From NCBI GenBank assembly GCA_024277355.1, contig JAJRVL010000005.1, forward strand, positions 30,001 to 62,000: 32,000 bases of DNA, given 5' to 3'. The notes under the pieces were generated by a model, which saw only the letters and a list, made by a program, of their open reading frames with translations, did not search any database and was not told where the DNA came from. The translations under genes and the position numbers were made by a program. Shown one piece after another: positions 1 through 8,258 of the stretch (position 1 is its first letter; each line of letters opens with the position of its first letter). The stretch is from an archaeon. Lineage in GTDB: Archaea > Iainarchaeota > Iainarchaeia > Iainarchaeales > 1-14-0-10-31-34.

Positions 1-417
1 TTCTAATCCTAATTTTTTATTTGATTCTTTTCCTATAAATCCTGGTCCTTTTGCATCATAATTAATATAGTCGTTCATTATCTGGCTTACGTGGATTAAT
101 CCTTCTATTGGGCCTGTTCTTACAAATGCACCAAATTCAGTTATTTCTGTTATGGTTCCTTCAACTATTTCTTTCATTTCTGGTTTATAGACTATTGCTT
201 TGTATTGAGTACTATAATAGGCTGCTCCGTCTCCAGGAATTACTTTTCCTTCTCCAACGTTTTCAACTTCCATTACTGCAACAATAACTCCAATACTTTC
301 ATCTACTATTCCTTCGTATTCATCTTTTAGTATTTTTAGTATTGCGTCATTTAATTTTCCTCCAAATTCTTTTGGCGGAACTCTTACTGTGTCTTTCATT
401 GAAATTATTGCATACAT
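1..417 (-). CDS. rpo7: DNA-directed RNA polymerase subunit Rpo7/RpoE' (3' end truncated by window edge)
   Basis: Open minus frame from ATG at 415-417 to the window edge: MYAIISMKDTVRVPPKEFGGKLNDAILKILKDEYEGIVDESIGVIVAVMEVENVGEGKVIPGDGAAYYSTQYKAIVYKPEMKEIVEGTITEITEFGAFVRTGPIEGLIHVSQI..., a Rpo7 N-terminal plus S1 domain pattern. Adjacent to aIF2gamma and a PIN gene, as in many archaea. Absent from the ORF track. Confidence 0.93.
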   Translation of the reverse strand, partial: MYAIISMKDTVRVPPKEFGGKLNDAILKILKDEYEGIVDESIGVIVAVMEVENVGEGKVIPGDGAAYYSTQYKAIVYKPEMKEIVEGTITEITEFGAFVRTGPIEGLIHVSQIMNDYINYDAKGPGFIGKESNKKLGLE

Positions 418-433
418 TTTTTTTCCTCCTTAT

Positions 434-817
434 TTATTCAATAACAATAACCTTTTTTTGTCTTACGAATGCTGTTTTAAATCCTTTTTTTCTGATTTTT
501 GTTCTTAATTCTTTGTCGTTTGTTGCTATAATATAATTTTCTTGTGCTAATTCTTCCATTCTTTTATCGGCATTTTCTGTTTTTGCTTTTATAATCATGC
601 AATTTTTTTTAATTAATTTTTCTGCTATTTCTGCATTTATTTTTTTTGTTTTGTTTTTTTCTTTTAATTTTTTTAATTCTTTTAAAACTTCTTCTGGAAC
701 AAAAAATTCTGTTTTTCCGTAATTTTTTAGTTCTTCAAAAACATCTATTTTTAGTTCTCCTATTGCCATTAACATATTTGTATCTAAAACTATTTTATTC
801 AGTTGTTCCATAAGCAA
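434..817 (-). CDS. PIN-domain protein, archaeal Fcf1/UTP24-like
   Basis: VLDTNMLM...PEEVLKELKKL...ADKRMEELAQENYIIATNDKELRTKIRKKG has PIN acidic residues (D..N, TNDKELR). Sits between aIF2gamma and rpo7. Confidence 0.85.
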   Translation of the reverse strand: MLMEQLNKIVLDTNMLMAIGELKIDVFEELKNYGKTEFFVPEEVLKELKKLKEKNKTKKINAEIAEKLIKKNCMIIKAKTENADKRMEELAQENYIIATNDKELRTKIRKKGFKTAFVRQKKVIVIE

Positions 818-2000
818 TTAATCTCCATCTTGCACCTTCTTTTTTGCTTATTGCTATTTTTTGGTTTGGTTCTATTGTTATTGGTACTTTAAGCATTACT
901 TCAATTAAATCTTTTTTTAATGCAATTATGTTTCCTATTGTTGTTGCTGTTCCTGCACTTAAAACTATTATTTCTCCTTGTTTTAAGTCTGTTTTAATTC
1001 CTGTTACTTCTCTTTGAAAGTATTTTATTTTCATTTTAATGTTTGTTACTGCTTCAGGAAGGCTTCCGATTTTCCCTAAAATATTTCCTTTCATTTGATC
1101 ATTTTTAGTTAAATTTGAGTCAATTAATGTTCTTATTGAAATTAGTCCTCCTGGCACTGCTTCTTTTATTTTTCCTTCACTTGTATTTATTTCAATTATT
1201 TTTACTTTGTTTTTTTTATTGTTTATTCCAGGACTTAATTCAAGTTCGTCTCCTGTTTTTATTTTTCCCTGCATTATTGTTCCGCCTAATGCTCCTCCAA
1301 TTAATTCTTTGATTTTTATTCCTGGCTTGTTTATGTCAAAGCTTCTTGCAACATACATTTTCACAGGTTTTTTTTCATCTATTTTTGGTGAAGGAATTTT
1401 TTTTTCTATTGTTTCAATTAATAAATCAATATTTGTTCCGAAATGAGCTGCAGTAGGAATTATTTCTGCTTCAAAATCAAATTCTTTAAGAAATTTTTTT
1501 ATTTGATGGTAGTTTTCTGTTGCTTGTTTTTTGTCAACTAAATCTATTTTGTTTTGTGCTACAATAATGTTTTTTATTCCGCTGACTTTTAATGCCATTA
1601 AATGTTCTTTTGTTCTTGGCTGAGGACAGAATTCATTTGCAGCAATAACTAATATTGCTCCATGCATTAATGCAGCTCCTGAAATCATTGTTGTCATTAA
1701 TGTTTCATGTCCTGGAGCATCAACAAAACTGACTTTTCTTAATCTTTTTGTTTTCTTTTTGCAGTGAGAGCAAGTTTCTTGTGTTGTATATGCTTCTGCG
1801 CCTTTACATGCAGGGCATTTATAAAATACTGCATCAGCATAACCTAATCTAATTGAAATTCCTCTTTTTAGTTCTTCTGAATGTGTGTCAGTCCATTTGC
1901 CGCTTAATGCATGCGTCAGTGAAGTTTTTCCATGGTCTACATGGCCTATTAATCCTATGTTAACTTCTGCCTGACTAATTTCTTTTTTCATTTTTTTCAC
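795..2000 (-). CDS. eif2g: Translation initiation factor aIF2 subunit gamma
   Basis: GHVDHGKTSLTHALSG, Cx2C..Cx2C zinc knuckle (CPACKG...CSHCKKK), DAPGHETLM, NKIDLV; 401 aa. Confidence 0.97.
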   Translation of the reverse strand: MKKMKKEISQAEVNIGLIGHVDHGKTSLTHALSGKWTDTHSEELKRGISIRLGYADAVFYKCPACKGAEAYTTQETCSHCKKKTKRLRKVSFVDAPGHETLMTTMISGAALMHGAILVIAANEFCPQPRTKEHLMALKVSGIKNIIVAQNKIDLVDKKQATENYHQIKKFLKEFDFEAEIIPTAAHFGTNIDLLIETIEKKIPSPKIDEKKPVKMYVARSFDINKPGIKIKELIGGALGGTIMQGKIKTGDELELSPGINNKKNKVKIIEINTSEGKIKEAVPGGLISIRTLIDSNLTKNDQMKGNILGKIGSLPEAVTNIKMKIKYFQREVTGIKTDLKQGEIIVLSAGTATTIGNIIALKKDLIEVMLKVPITIEPNQKIAISKKEGARWRLIAYGTTE

Positions 2001-2051
2001 TTCTTTTTTTTTGTTTTATATTTTAATTCTTTTTTTCTAAAAAAGGTTTTT

Positions 2052-2534
2052 TTATTTTTTTGCAGTTTTTGAGTCTCCTGCTTTTTCTACGTTTCCTACG
2101 TTTTCAAGTGATTCTTTTACTAGTTTTTCTTTTGCACTAATTTTTTCAGCTGGTTTTTCTTCAGTTTTTTCTGTTGCAAAAATTTCTTCTAGTTTTTTTG
2201 TTCCTTGTTTTGTTATTATTAAGTTTATTTGTTCTGTTTCCTCGCTTATTGTATTTCCTCTTACGCCTACTCTGCTTCTTTCTCCTTTTCTTTTTGCTTT
2301 AAATCCTATTCCTTCTCTTATAAATATTTTTTTCTTGTTTGCTCCTGGAATGTCTTTTCTCATTGGAAATCCTTGTTTGTCGCTTCCTCCAGTAATTTTT
2401 GCTTCATATCCTTCTAATCCAAGAGAATCAAGTTTTACTTCTTCTCCAATTTTTTTGTTTAAAAGCAAAGCAGTTGTTTCAACTTTTTTTCCATATGCTT
2501 TTCCGGTTTTTGGGTTGCTTATCACTATGTTCAT
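2052..2534 (-). CDS. rps6e: Ribosomal protein eS6
   Basis: MNIVISNPKTGKAYGKKVE...GGSDKQGFPMRKDIPG...RKGERSRVGVRGNTIS.. is characteristic of S6e. It carries a K/E-rich C-terminal tail. Confidence 0.96.
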   Translation of the reverse strand: MNIVISNPKTGKAYGKKVETTALLLNKKIGEEVKLDSLGLEGYEAKITGGSDKQGFPMRKDIPGANKKKIFIREGIGFKAKRKGERSRVGVRGNTISEETEQINLIITKQGTKKLEEIFATEKTEEKPAEKISAKEKLVKESLENVGNVEKAGDSKTAKK

Positions 2535-2535
2535 T

Positions 2536-4281
2536 TTAGTCTCCTCCAGACTTTTGAATTTCTTTTATTTTTTTAAGTAAGTCTTTTTCTTCTTCAGTTA
2601 AAATATCATTTGATTTTTCAAGTTTTTCAATATTATTTTCAGGAATAAAACTTATTAATTCATCTTTGTTGTTTAAGTTTCTTCCTATTGTTGCATCGCT
2701 TATTGATATTGCAACTTCGCTTCCTTTTTTTGCTTCTTTAATGTTTTCTCCTTTTTCCTGTATTGCTAAAATTTTTCCAATTATTTTTCCGTTTTTCATT
2801 ACTTTTATTCCGGTTCTTAATTTTCCTTCAATTATTTTTGCACCGATTATTACTGGTTTTGAATTTCTAAAAATGTTTTCTGGCATTAATTTTATTTTTA
2901 CAGGCAATACAATTTCTGCTAAAAAACTTTGTTTTGCTTTTTCTTTTTCTTCCGCAATCCATTTTTCGTATTCTTCAATTAAATGATAAATTACTTTTTC
3001 ATTGAAAATTCTTATTTCTTGTTTTTCTGCTTCTTTTACTGCTTCAGGATTAATTTTTGTGTTAAATGCAAGTATTACTCCTTTTGTTTTGTCTTTTTCT
3101 TTTACCTGCAAGCTTTCCATTACATCTCTTCTTGTTACTTCTCCTACATCTGCTTTTCTTGCTTTAATTTCTTTGTCTTCTAGTAATTTAATTATTGCTT
3201 CTAATGAACCTAAAGTGTCTGTTTTGATTATTACTCCTAATTCATCTGAATCAATTTTAATTGAACTTATTTCTTTTTTTATTTCTTCTATTTCTTCCTG
3301 ACTTGCTTCAACTCTTATTGGAGAACCTGCTAAAGCTTTATCTAAGTTTGGTGCTGCAATTTTTAGTCCTGACGCAGCATGAACTTCTTTTACTGAATCA
3401 AATCTTTCCTGCGGTGCACGGATTTCATCTAATGGTTTAGGCAAAAGAAGAGCTCTTATTTTTGTTTCTATTATTCCTTCTTTTCCTCCTAAGGTAATTT
3501 TGTTTCCTGTTTTTATTGTTCCGTCATATAATACAACGTCAATTGTTTTCCCTAATCCTTTTTCATCTTTTACTTCTAATACTGTTCCCTTTCCTTTTCC
3601 GCTTACTTCAATTGTTAATTTTTTTTCTAAAAACTTCTGGCTTAATCCTGCTAAAAACAAAAGTATTTCTGAAAATCCTTCTCCTGTTTTATTGCATAAA
3701 GGAACAATTGGAATTTCTTTTGTAAAATCTTGTATTCTGTCAAATCTTTCTGCAGGAAATCCTTTTTTGAATGTTTCTCCTACAATACAATAAATTTTTT
3801 TGTCTAATTCATCCAGCAATTGTTTGCTTTGATTTTGTTTATTTTCTGTAAAACTTAATTCTTTTGATTCCCATCCGTGAATTTTGTCTATTTTTGTCAT
3901 TGCAATTACAAATGGAACTTTAAATGCTTTCAAAATGTCTATTGCTTCTAATGTTTGTGGTTCGCATCCTTTTATTGCATCAATTGTTAATACTGCTAAA
4001 TCTGCAATACTTCCCCCTCTTTTTCTTAGGTTAGAGAAAGCTTCATGTCCTGGAGTATCAATAAAAAGTAAGCCGGGAATATTTAATTCAAAACCATATT
4101 TTTTTGTTAATTCTCCTGCCATTTTTTCTACTATTTCAATTGGAACTTCTGTTGCTCCAATGTGTTGTGTTATTGCTCCTGCTTCTTGGGAGACGATTTT
4201 TGTGCCTCTAATTCTATCTAAAAAACTTGTTTTTCCTGAATCAACATGCCCTAAGACAGTAATTATTGGCTTTCTAATCAT
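2536..4281 (-). CDS. infB: Translation initiation factor aIF5B (archaeal IF-2)
   Basis: GHVDSGKTSFLDRIRGT, QHIGATEVP, FIDTPGHEAF, KIDKIHGW; 581 aa. Confidence 0.97.
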   Translation of the reverse strand: MIRKPIITVLGHVDSGKTSFLDRIRGTKIVSQEAGAITQHIGATEVPIEIVEKMAGELTKKYGFELNIPGLLFIDTPGHEAFSNLRKRGGSIADLAVLTIDAIKGCEPQTLEAIDILKAFKVPFVIAMTKIDKIHGWESKELSFTENKQNQSKQLLDELDKKIYCIVGETFKKGFPAERFDRIQDFTKEIPIVPLCNKTGEGFSEILLFLAGLSQKFLEKKLTIEVSGKGKGTVLEVKDEKGLGKTIDVVLYDGTIKTGNKITLGGKEGIIETKIRALLLPKPLDEIRAPQERFDSVKEVHAASGLKIAAPNLDKALAGSPIRVEASQEEIEEIKKEISSIKIDSDELGVIIKTDTLGSLEAIIKLLEDKEIKARKADVGEVTRRDVMESLQVKEKDKTKGVILAFNTKINPEAVKEAEKQEIRIFNEKVIYHLIEEYEKWIAEEKEKAKQSFLAEIVLPVKIKLMPENIFRNSKPVIIGAKIIEGKLRTGIKVMKNGKIIGKILAIQEKGENIKEAKKGSEVAISISDATIGRNLNNKDELISFIPENNIEKLEKSNDILTEEEKDLLKKIKEIQKSGGD

Positions 4282-4286
4282 ATAAT

Positions 4287-4712
4287 TTACAACCCTGTTG
4301 AACCAAATCCGCCTTCGCCTCTGGAAGTGTCATCTAATTCTTCTACAAATTCTATTTCAGCTAATTCAATTTTATTGAAAACTAATTGTGCAATTTTTTT
4401 TCCTTTTTCTGCTGTAAACTTTTCTTTGCCGTGGTTTATTACTATTACGCCTATTTCTCCTCTGTATCCTGCATCAATTGTTCCAGGAGTATTTAAGACA
4501 GTTATTCCATTTTTTAATGCTAAACCAGATTTAGGTCTTACTTGTCCTTCAAATCCTTCAGGAATTGCAACTTTAATTCCTGTTTTAATTAATTTAATTT
4601 CTCCTGAAAGGATTTCTTCTGTTTCTGATGCATATAAGTCTATTCCTGCATCTCCTTTGTGTGCTTGTTCTAATTTTGCTTCTGAATTTAATTTTTTTAC
4701 CTGTACTTTCAT
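4287..4712 (-). CDS. dut: dUTP diphosphatase (dUTPase)
   Basis: All dUTPase motifs: KGDAGIDLYA, RPKSGLALKNGITVLNTPGTIDAGYRGEIGVI, and C-terminal RGEGGFGSTGL. Confidence 0.97.
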   Translation of the reverse strand: MKVQVKKLNSEAKLEQAHKGDAGIDLYASETEEILSGEIKLIKTGIKVAIPEGFEGQVRPKSGLALKNGITVLNTPGTIDAGYRGEIGVIVINHGKEKFTAEKGKKIAQLVFNKIELAEIEFVEELDDTSRGEGGFGSTGL

Positions 4713-4717
4713 TTAAA

Positions 4718-5281
4718 TCACTTATGTATTACTTCCCAGTCTTTTTTTGTGTATTTATGTAATTCTTCTTTTGTAAACCATAATGCGATTTCTCTTTCAG
4801 CTGATTCTGTGTCTTCTGAACCATGAATTAAATTTCTTACTGATCTTTGTTTTTCTTCTGCTACTTCATATGAGTCAACAGAAAAATCTCCTCTGATTGT
4901 TCCAACATCTGCGGCTCTTGACTGGGTGTTTCCAATTAATTTTCTTCCAACTTCAATTGAATGATATCCTTCAAAAACTATTGCAATTATTGGGCCTTCA
5001 GTTAAATATTGTGAATTCCATGAATGAATTCTTTTTGCAATTTCATCATCTGTTTCTGTTACTTTAATTCCTTTTTTTTCTACTGACTTTCTTGTGTTTT
5101 CTCCTAATTTTTTTTTCCATTCAGGAGTAATTACATAATGATTATCTGCAATATTTTTTGTTGCCTGAATCATTTTCATTCCTGAAATTTTCAGTCCTTT
5201 TTGTTCAAATCTTTTTGTTATTTCTCCAATTAATCCTCTTTGCACTGCGTCATGTTTAATTAAAATTAGAGTTCTTTCCAT
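4718..5281 (-). CDS. ndk: Nucleoside diphosphate kinase, long form (187 aa)
   Basis: ERTLILIKHDAVQRGLIGEI, GTIRGDFS, catalytic NLIHGSED, SAEREIALWF. Carries insertions relative to the ~150 aa form. Confidence 0.95.
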   Translation of the reverse strand: MERTLILIKHDAVQRGLIGEITKRFEQKGLKISGMKMIQATKNIADNHYVITPEWKKKLGENTRKSVEKKGIKVTETDDEIAKRIHSWNSQYLTEGPIIAIVFEGYHSIEVGRKLIGNTQSRAADVGTIRGDFSVDSYEVAEEKQRSVRNLIHGSEDTESAEREIALWFTKEELHKYTKKDWEVIHK

Positions 5282-5282
5282 T

Positions 5283-5474
5283 TTATTTCACCTTTTTTGC
5301 TTTTTTTGTTTTATGGTGTTCTTTTGTCCATTTAACTTTTCTTGGATTTCTTTTTAATTTAATTAAATTTTTTTCGCATTTAGATGAACAAAAGTTATAT
5401 ATTGTGCCGTCTTTTTTGACATACATTAATCCTGTTCCTTTTTTTATGTTTTTTCCGCAAAAAATACAATCCAT
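5283..5474 (-). CDS. rpl24e: Ribosomal protein eL24
   Basis: [50 protein letters not shown]; zinc CxxC...CxxxC. SD-like GAGGTG upstream. Confidence 0.96.
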   Translation of the reverse strand: MDCIFCGKNIKKGTGLMYVKKDGTIYNFCSSKCEKNLIKLKRNPRKVKWTKEHHKTKKAKKVK

Positions 5475-5489
5475 TTTTTTTCACCTCAA

Positions 5490-5573
5490 AGCCGGTTTCG
5501 TCCGGCTGTCACAATGCACGACATAAAGTCATGCTGATATTGGTTTATTCAATAAACTATTGCCAGCTGACAG
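5490..5573 (-). ncRNA. Candidate structured RNA element / cis-regulatory leader between S28e and L24e
   Basis: Non-coding 105-nt gap with much higher GC than its surroundings. Stems: GCCGG/CCGGC (5502-5506/5491-5495), GCAUGAC/GUCGUGC (5528-5534/5516-5522), GUUUAU/AUAAAC (5552-5557/5543-5548), CUGUCA/UGACAG (5568-5573/5506-5511), GCUGG/UCAGC (5563-5567/5533-5537). Confidence 0.5.
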
Positions 5574-5579
5574 TAGCAG

Positions 5580-5786
5580 CTAAGCTTTGATTTCTTTTGC
5601 TTCTCTTTCAGTTGAAAGCAATATTATTACGTCTCCTTTTTTCAGGTTTCCTTTTACATTTCTTCTTTTTACTCTGCCTTGTTCTGGTCCTTCAAGAATT
5701 TTGCATAAAACCTGAATGATTTCTCCATGGACGCCTGTTCTTTGGATTACTTCAACTACTTCTGCAGGAGTTCCTTCACGCATCAT
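5580..5786 (-). CDS. rps28e: Ribosomal protein eS28
   Basis: [61 protein letters not shown]; 68 aa. Confidence 0.97.
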   Translation of the reverse strand: MMREGTPAEVVEVIQRTGVHGEIIQVLCKILEGPEQGRVKRRNVKGNLKKGDVIILLSTEREAKEIKA

Positions 5787-5790
5787 TTAA

Positions 5791-6156
5791 TCACTTCTTT
5801 AACTCGTTTATTTTTTTTATTATTTCTTCTAATTCTTTTTTTGCATTTCCTTCTTCAACTAATGCAATTGAAGCTGTTCCAACTGAAATGCCTGTTTTTT
5901 CTCCTAATTCTTTTTTTGTTGAAATATAAGAAAAAGGAATTTTTTTTTCTTCACATAACAAAGGCAAATGCATTACTAATTCCTGAGGGCTAATGTCTTC
6001 TGCAATAAAAATGATTTTTGCTGTTCCTCTTTCTATTGCTTTAGTTGTTTCGTTTACACCTATTCTGATTTTACCACTGTTTTTTGCTTTTTCAATTAGT
6101 GCTAATTGTTTTTCTTTTAGTTCTTTGCCTACGCTGAACTTAACGTATTCTGCCAT
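5791..6156 (-). CDS. rpl7ae: Ribosomal protein L7Ae
   Basis: KIRIGVNETTKAIERGTAKIIFIAEDISPQELVMHLPLLCEEKKIPFSYISTKKELGEKTG. SD GGAGGTTGAT upstream of ATG. Confidence 0.97.
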   Translation of the reverse strand: MAEYVKFSVGKELKEKQLALIEKAKNSGKIRIGVNETTKAIERGTAKIIFIAEDISPQELVMHLPLLCEEKKIPFSYISTKKELGEKTGISVGTASIALVEEGNAKKELEEIIKKINELKK

Positions 6157-6225
6157 TTAAAATCAACCTCCTTGCAGCCATTTATGGCTGTTCATCGTCA
6201 TCGGCAAAATGAGTATAAGAAAACC

Positions 6226-6250
6226 TGTCAAAAAAGGTTTTTAAAGGTAT
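6226..6250. promoter_or_regulatory. Putative divergent promoter region with TATA-like core
   Basis: AAAAAAGGTTTTTAAAGGTATTTTAA lies between the divergent starts at 6156(-) and 6269(+). TTTTTAAA is TATA-like and about 25-30 nt from the plus-strand ATG, suggesting a leaderless or short-leader mRNA. Confidence 0.45.
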
Positions 6251-6268
6251 TTTAATGCATTTCTGTGT

Positions 6269-7207
6269 ATGTCTAAACCTAAAAGATCTGGCTTAAAAAG
6301 AAACAGATTTGTGCATCAAAAATTTCATGGAAAACTTAATGTTTCTAGTTCTTCAAATCTTATTCCTTATTATTCTGCTGTTAAAGTTGTAACAATTAAT
6401 GGCAAAAAATATGTTAAAAAAACTCATTCAGGTTTTTTTTTGCAGCCTGATGTAAATCAGTCTAAACATGCATTAAATCCTGAACTTGCAAGAAGTTTAA
6501 CAGCAGGAGAATCAATTGTTTTAAGAGGAGTTTCAAGAATTTATAACAGGCTTAAAAGAAAAGGAGTTTTCAGAAAAAAAGAAAAAAAAATTTATTTACT
6601 TAATTTTTCCAAACTTTTTAGGGTTAATTTAAGCAAAACAAAGCCTTCAAAAAATTTTATTTTATCAGAATATATAAATGCTCCTGATGCAGGGCGTCTT
6701 TATTCTTTTGTGAAATTTGGAAAAATATTAGGTGCTTCTCCTAAAGAAGAAAAAAAATGCATGCAATTCATAAAAAAACAGAGGTTAATTAAGGTTTTAG
6801 AAAATAAAAAATCAAGAGAATCTTTTGCTTCTAAACTTTATTCGGCTGTTGAGCAGGCTGCAAGGGATTTAGCTGTTGCAGAAAAAGAATTTAAAAAAAA
6901 TGCAGCAAAAAAAGGTTTAAATGAAAATGTTTTGTTTGATGTGTCTGAAAGAAAAGATAATGTTTTGTTTAGAGTTCCTGAAACAGATTTTAATGAAATT
7001 AAACGAGACAATTTTGTTGTTAATTCTTTTGAAAGGGGAGTTTTTAATCTTACTTTAATTGATCTTCTTTATCCTTCAAGTGATAAAAAATTTCATCCTT
7101 CAATTACAAGAACAAAAAAACGAAACAAGCTTAAGCAGTGGGAAAACAAAAATCCTAAAGAATTTTATAGTTCTGAAGGCCATCCAAAAAGAAGAAAGAA
7201 AAAATAA
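6269..7207 (+). CDS. Uncharacterised protein, 312 aa; only convincing plus-strand gene
   Basis: Long ORF with lysine-rich, charged but globular composition. TATA-like element upstream, no antisense ORF in the track. No family recognised. Confidence 0.8.
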   Translation: MSKPKRSGLKRNRFVHQKFHGKLNVSSSSNLIPYYSAVKVVTINGKKYVKKTHSGFFLQPDVNQSKHALNPELARSLTAGESIVLRGVSRIYNRLKRKGVFRKKEKKIYLLNFSKLFRVNLSKTKPSKNFILSEYINAPDAGRLYSFVKFGKILGASPKEEKKCMQFIKKQRLIKVLENKKSRESFASKLYSAVEQAARDLAVAEKEFKKNAAKKGLNENVLFDVSERKDNVLFRVPETDFNEIKRDNFVVNSFERGVFNLTLIDLLYPSSDKKFHPSITRTKKRNKLKQWENKNPKEFYSSEGHPKRRKKK

Positions 7208-7208
7208 T

Positions 7209-8222
7209 TCACTTATGTGTAAACCATAAAACAACTTTTTTTTCTTGTATTTCATCTATTCTTGCATAACCAAAATTTTCTAGTTGAACAGTGTTTCCTT
7301 CTTTTTCATCTAAGATTTCTTTGTTTATTATGCCGTGTTTTTTTGTTCCGTCATCTAAAACTATTTCTGCTGTAATTTCTTTTAGTATCCATTGAATTAA
7401 AGGTTTGTTTTCTAGTTTTTGTATTCCAGTGAATTCTCCAAAAACCTGTGTTTGATTTTTATTGATTACACGAAAATTTAATGCATGTTTTAATCTAACA
7501 ATTTTTCCTTCATTCATTTTTTCTGAATCTTTTTGTGAAATCAAAAAATTTTGGCTTCCTTCTTTTAATTTATAAACTCTTAATTGATCAGGGAAATCCG
7601 GATGAAGTGGTTTTTCTATTTCTAATTCAGGAACAAAATTTACATCTAATCTGATTGGATGTTCAATAAAATAATATCTGTCTGATTTGCTGTCAATAAA
7701 ATGTTTATTTAAATCAACCATTTTATTAAAGTCAATTGTTACATCAGAACTTTTTGTTCCAATTTCTTTGATTATTTCTTTTATTGTTTTAGGAGAAAAA
7801 CCTCTTCTTCTTAAAGCTTTAATAGTTCCTAATCTTGGGTCATCCCATCCTGAATAAATTCCTTTTTCTATTCCTTCTTTTATTTTTGAAGTGCTTAAAA
7901 CCATTTCAGCTAATTTAATTCTGCCTGTATGTAATGTGTGAGGATAATTCCACCCAAAATATTCATATAAAAATTTTTGTTTTTCTGCATTTTGTGCATG
8001 TTCTTGTCCTCTTATAATTAAAGTTACTTTCATTTCATGATCATCTATTGCTGAAGCAAAATTATATGAAGGCCATACCTTATATTTTTGATTAACTCTT
8101 GGGTGTTCTGGTTCATCAACTATTTTTGCAGCCCACCAGTCTCTTAAAGAAGGATCTTTTGCATTTAAATCAGTTTTAATTCTTAATACAGCCTGTCCTT
8201 CTTTTAATTCATTTGAAAGCAT
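7209..8222 (-). CDS. gltX: Glutamyl-tRNA synthetase, C-terminal part (KMSKS-like motif and anticodon-binding beta barrels)
   Basis: NELKEGQAVLRIKTDLNAKDPSLRDWWAAKI...LHTGRIKLAEMVLSTSKIKEGIEKGIYSGWDDPRLGTIKALRRRGF. Same frame as 8259-8900. Confidence 0.92.
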   Translation of the reverse strand: MLSNELKEGQAVLRIKTDLNAKDPSLRDWWAAKIVDEPEHPRVNQKYKVWPSYNFASAIDDHEMKVTLIIRGQEHAQNAEKQKFLYEYFGWNYPHTLHTGRIKLAEMVLSTSKIKEGIEKGIYSGWDDPRLGTIKALRRRGFSPKTIKEIIKEIGTKSSDVTIDFNKMVDLNKHFIDSKSDRYYFIEHPIRLDVNFVPELEIEKPLHPDFPDQLRVYKLKEGSQNFLISQKDSEKMNEGKIVRLKHALNFRVINKNQTQVFGEFTGIQKLENKPLIQWILKEITAEIVLDDGTKKHGIINKEILDEKEGNTVQLENFGYARIDEIQEKKVVLWFTHK

Positions 8223-8258
8223 TTTTTCAAATTCTTTTAATTGTTCGTCAGGTTTTTT

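Noticed and set aside
5475-5579. S28e-L24e spacer as a tRNA or k-turn C/D box RNA
   Set aside because: No acceptor/T-arm pattern, and no clear RUGAUGA...CUGA box pair. It remains only an unclassified structured element.
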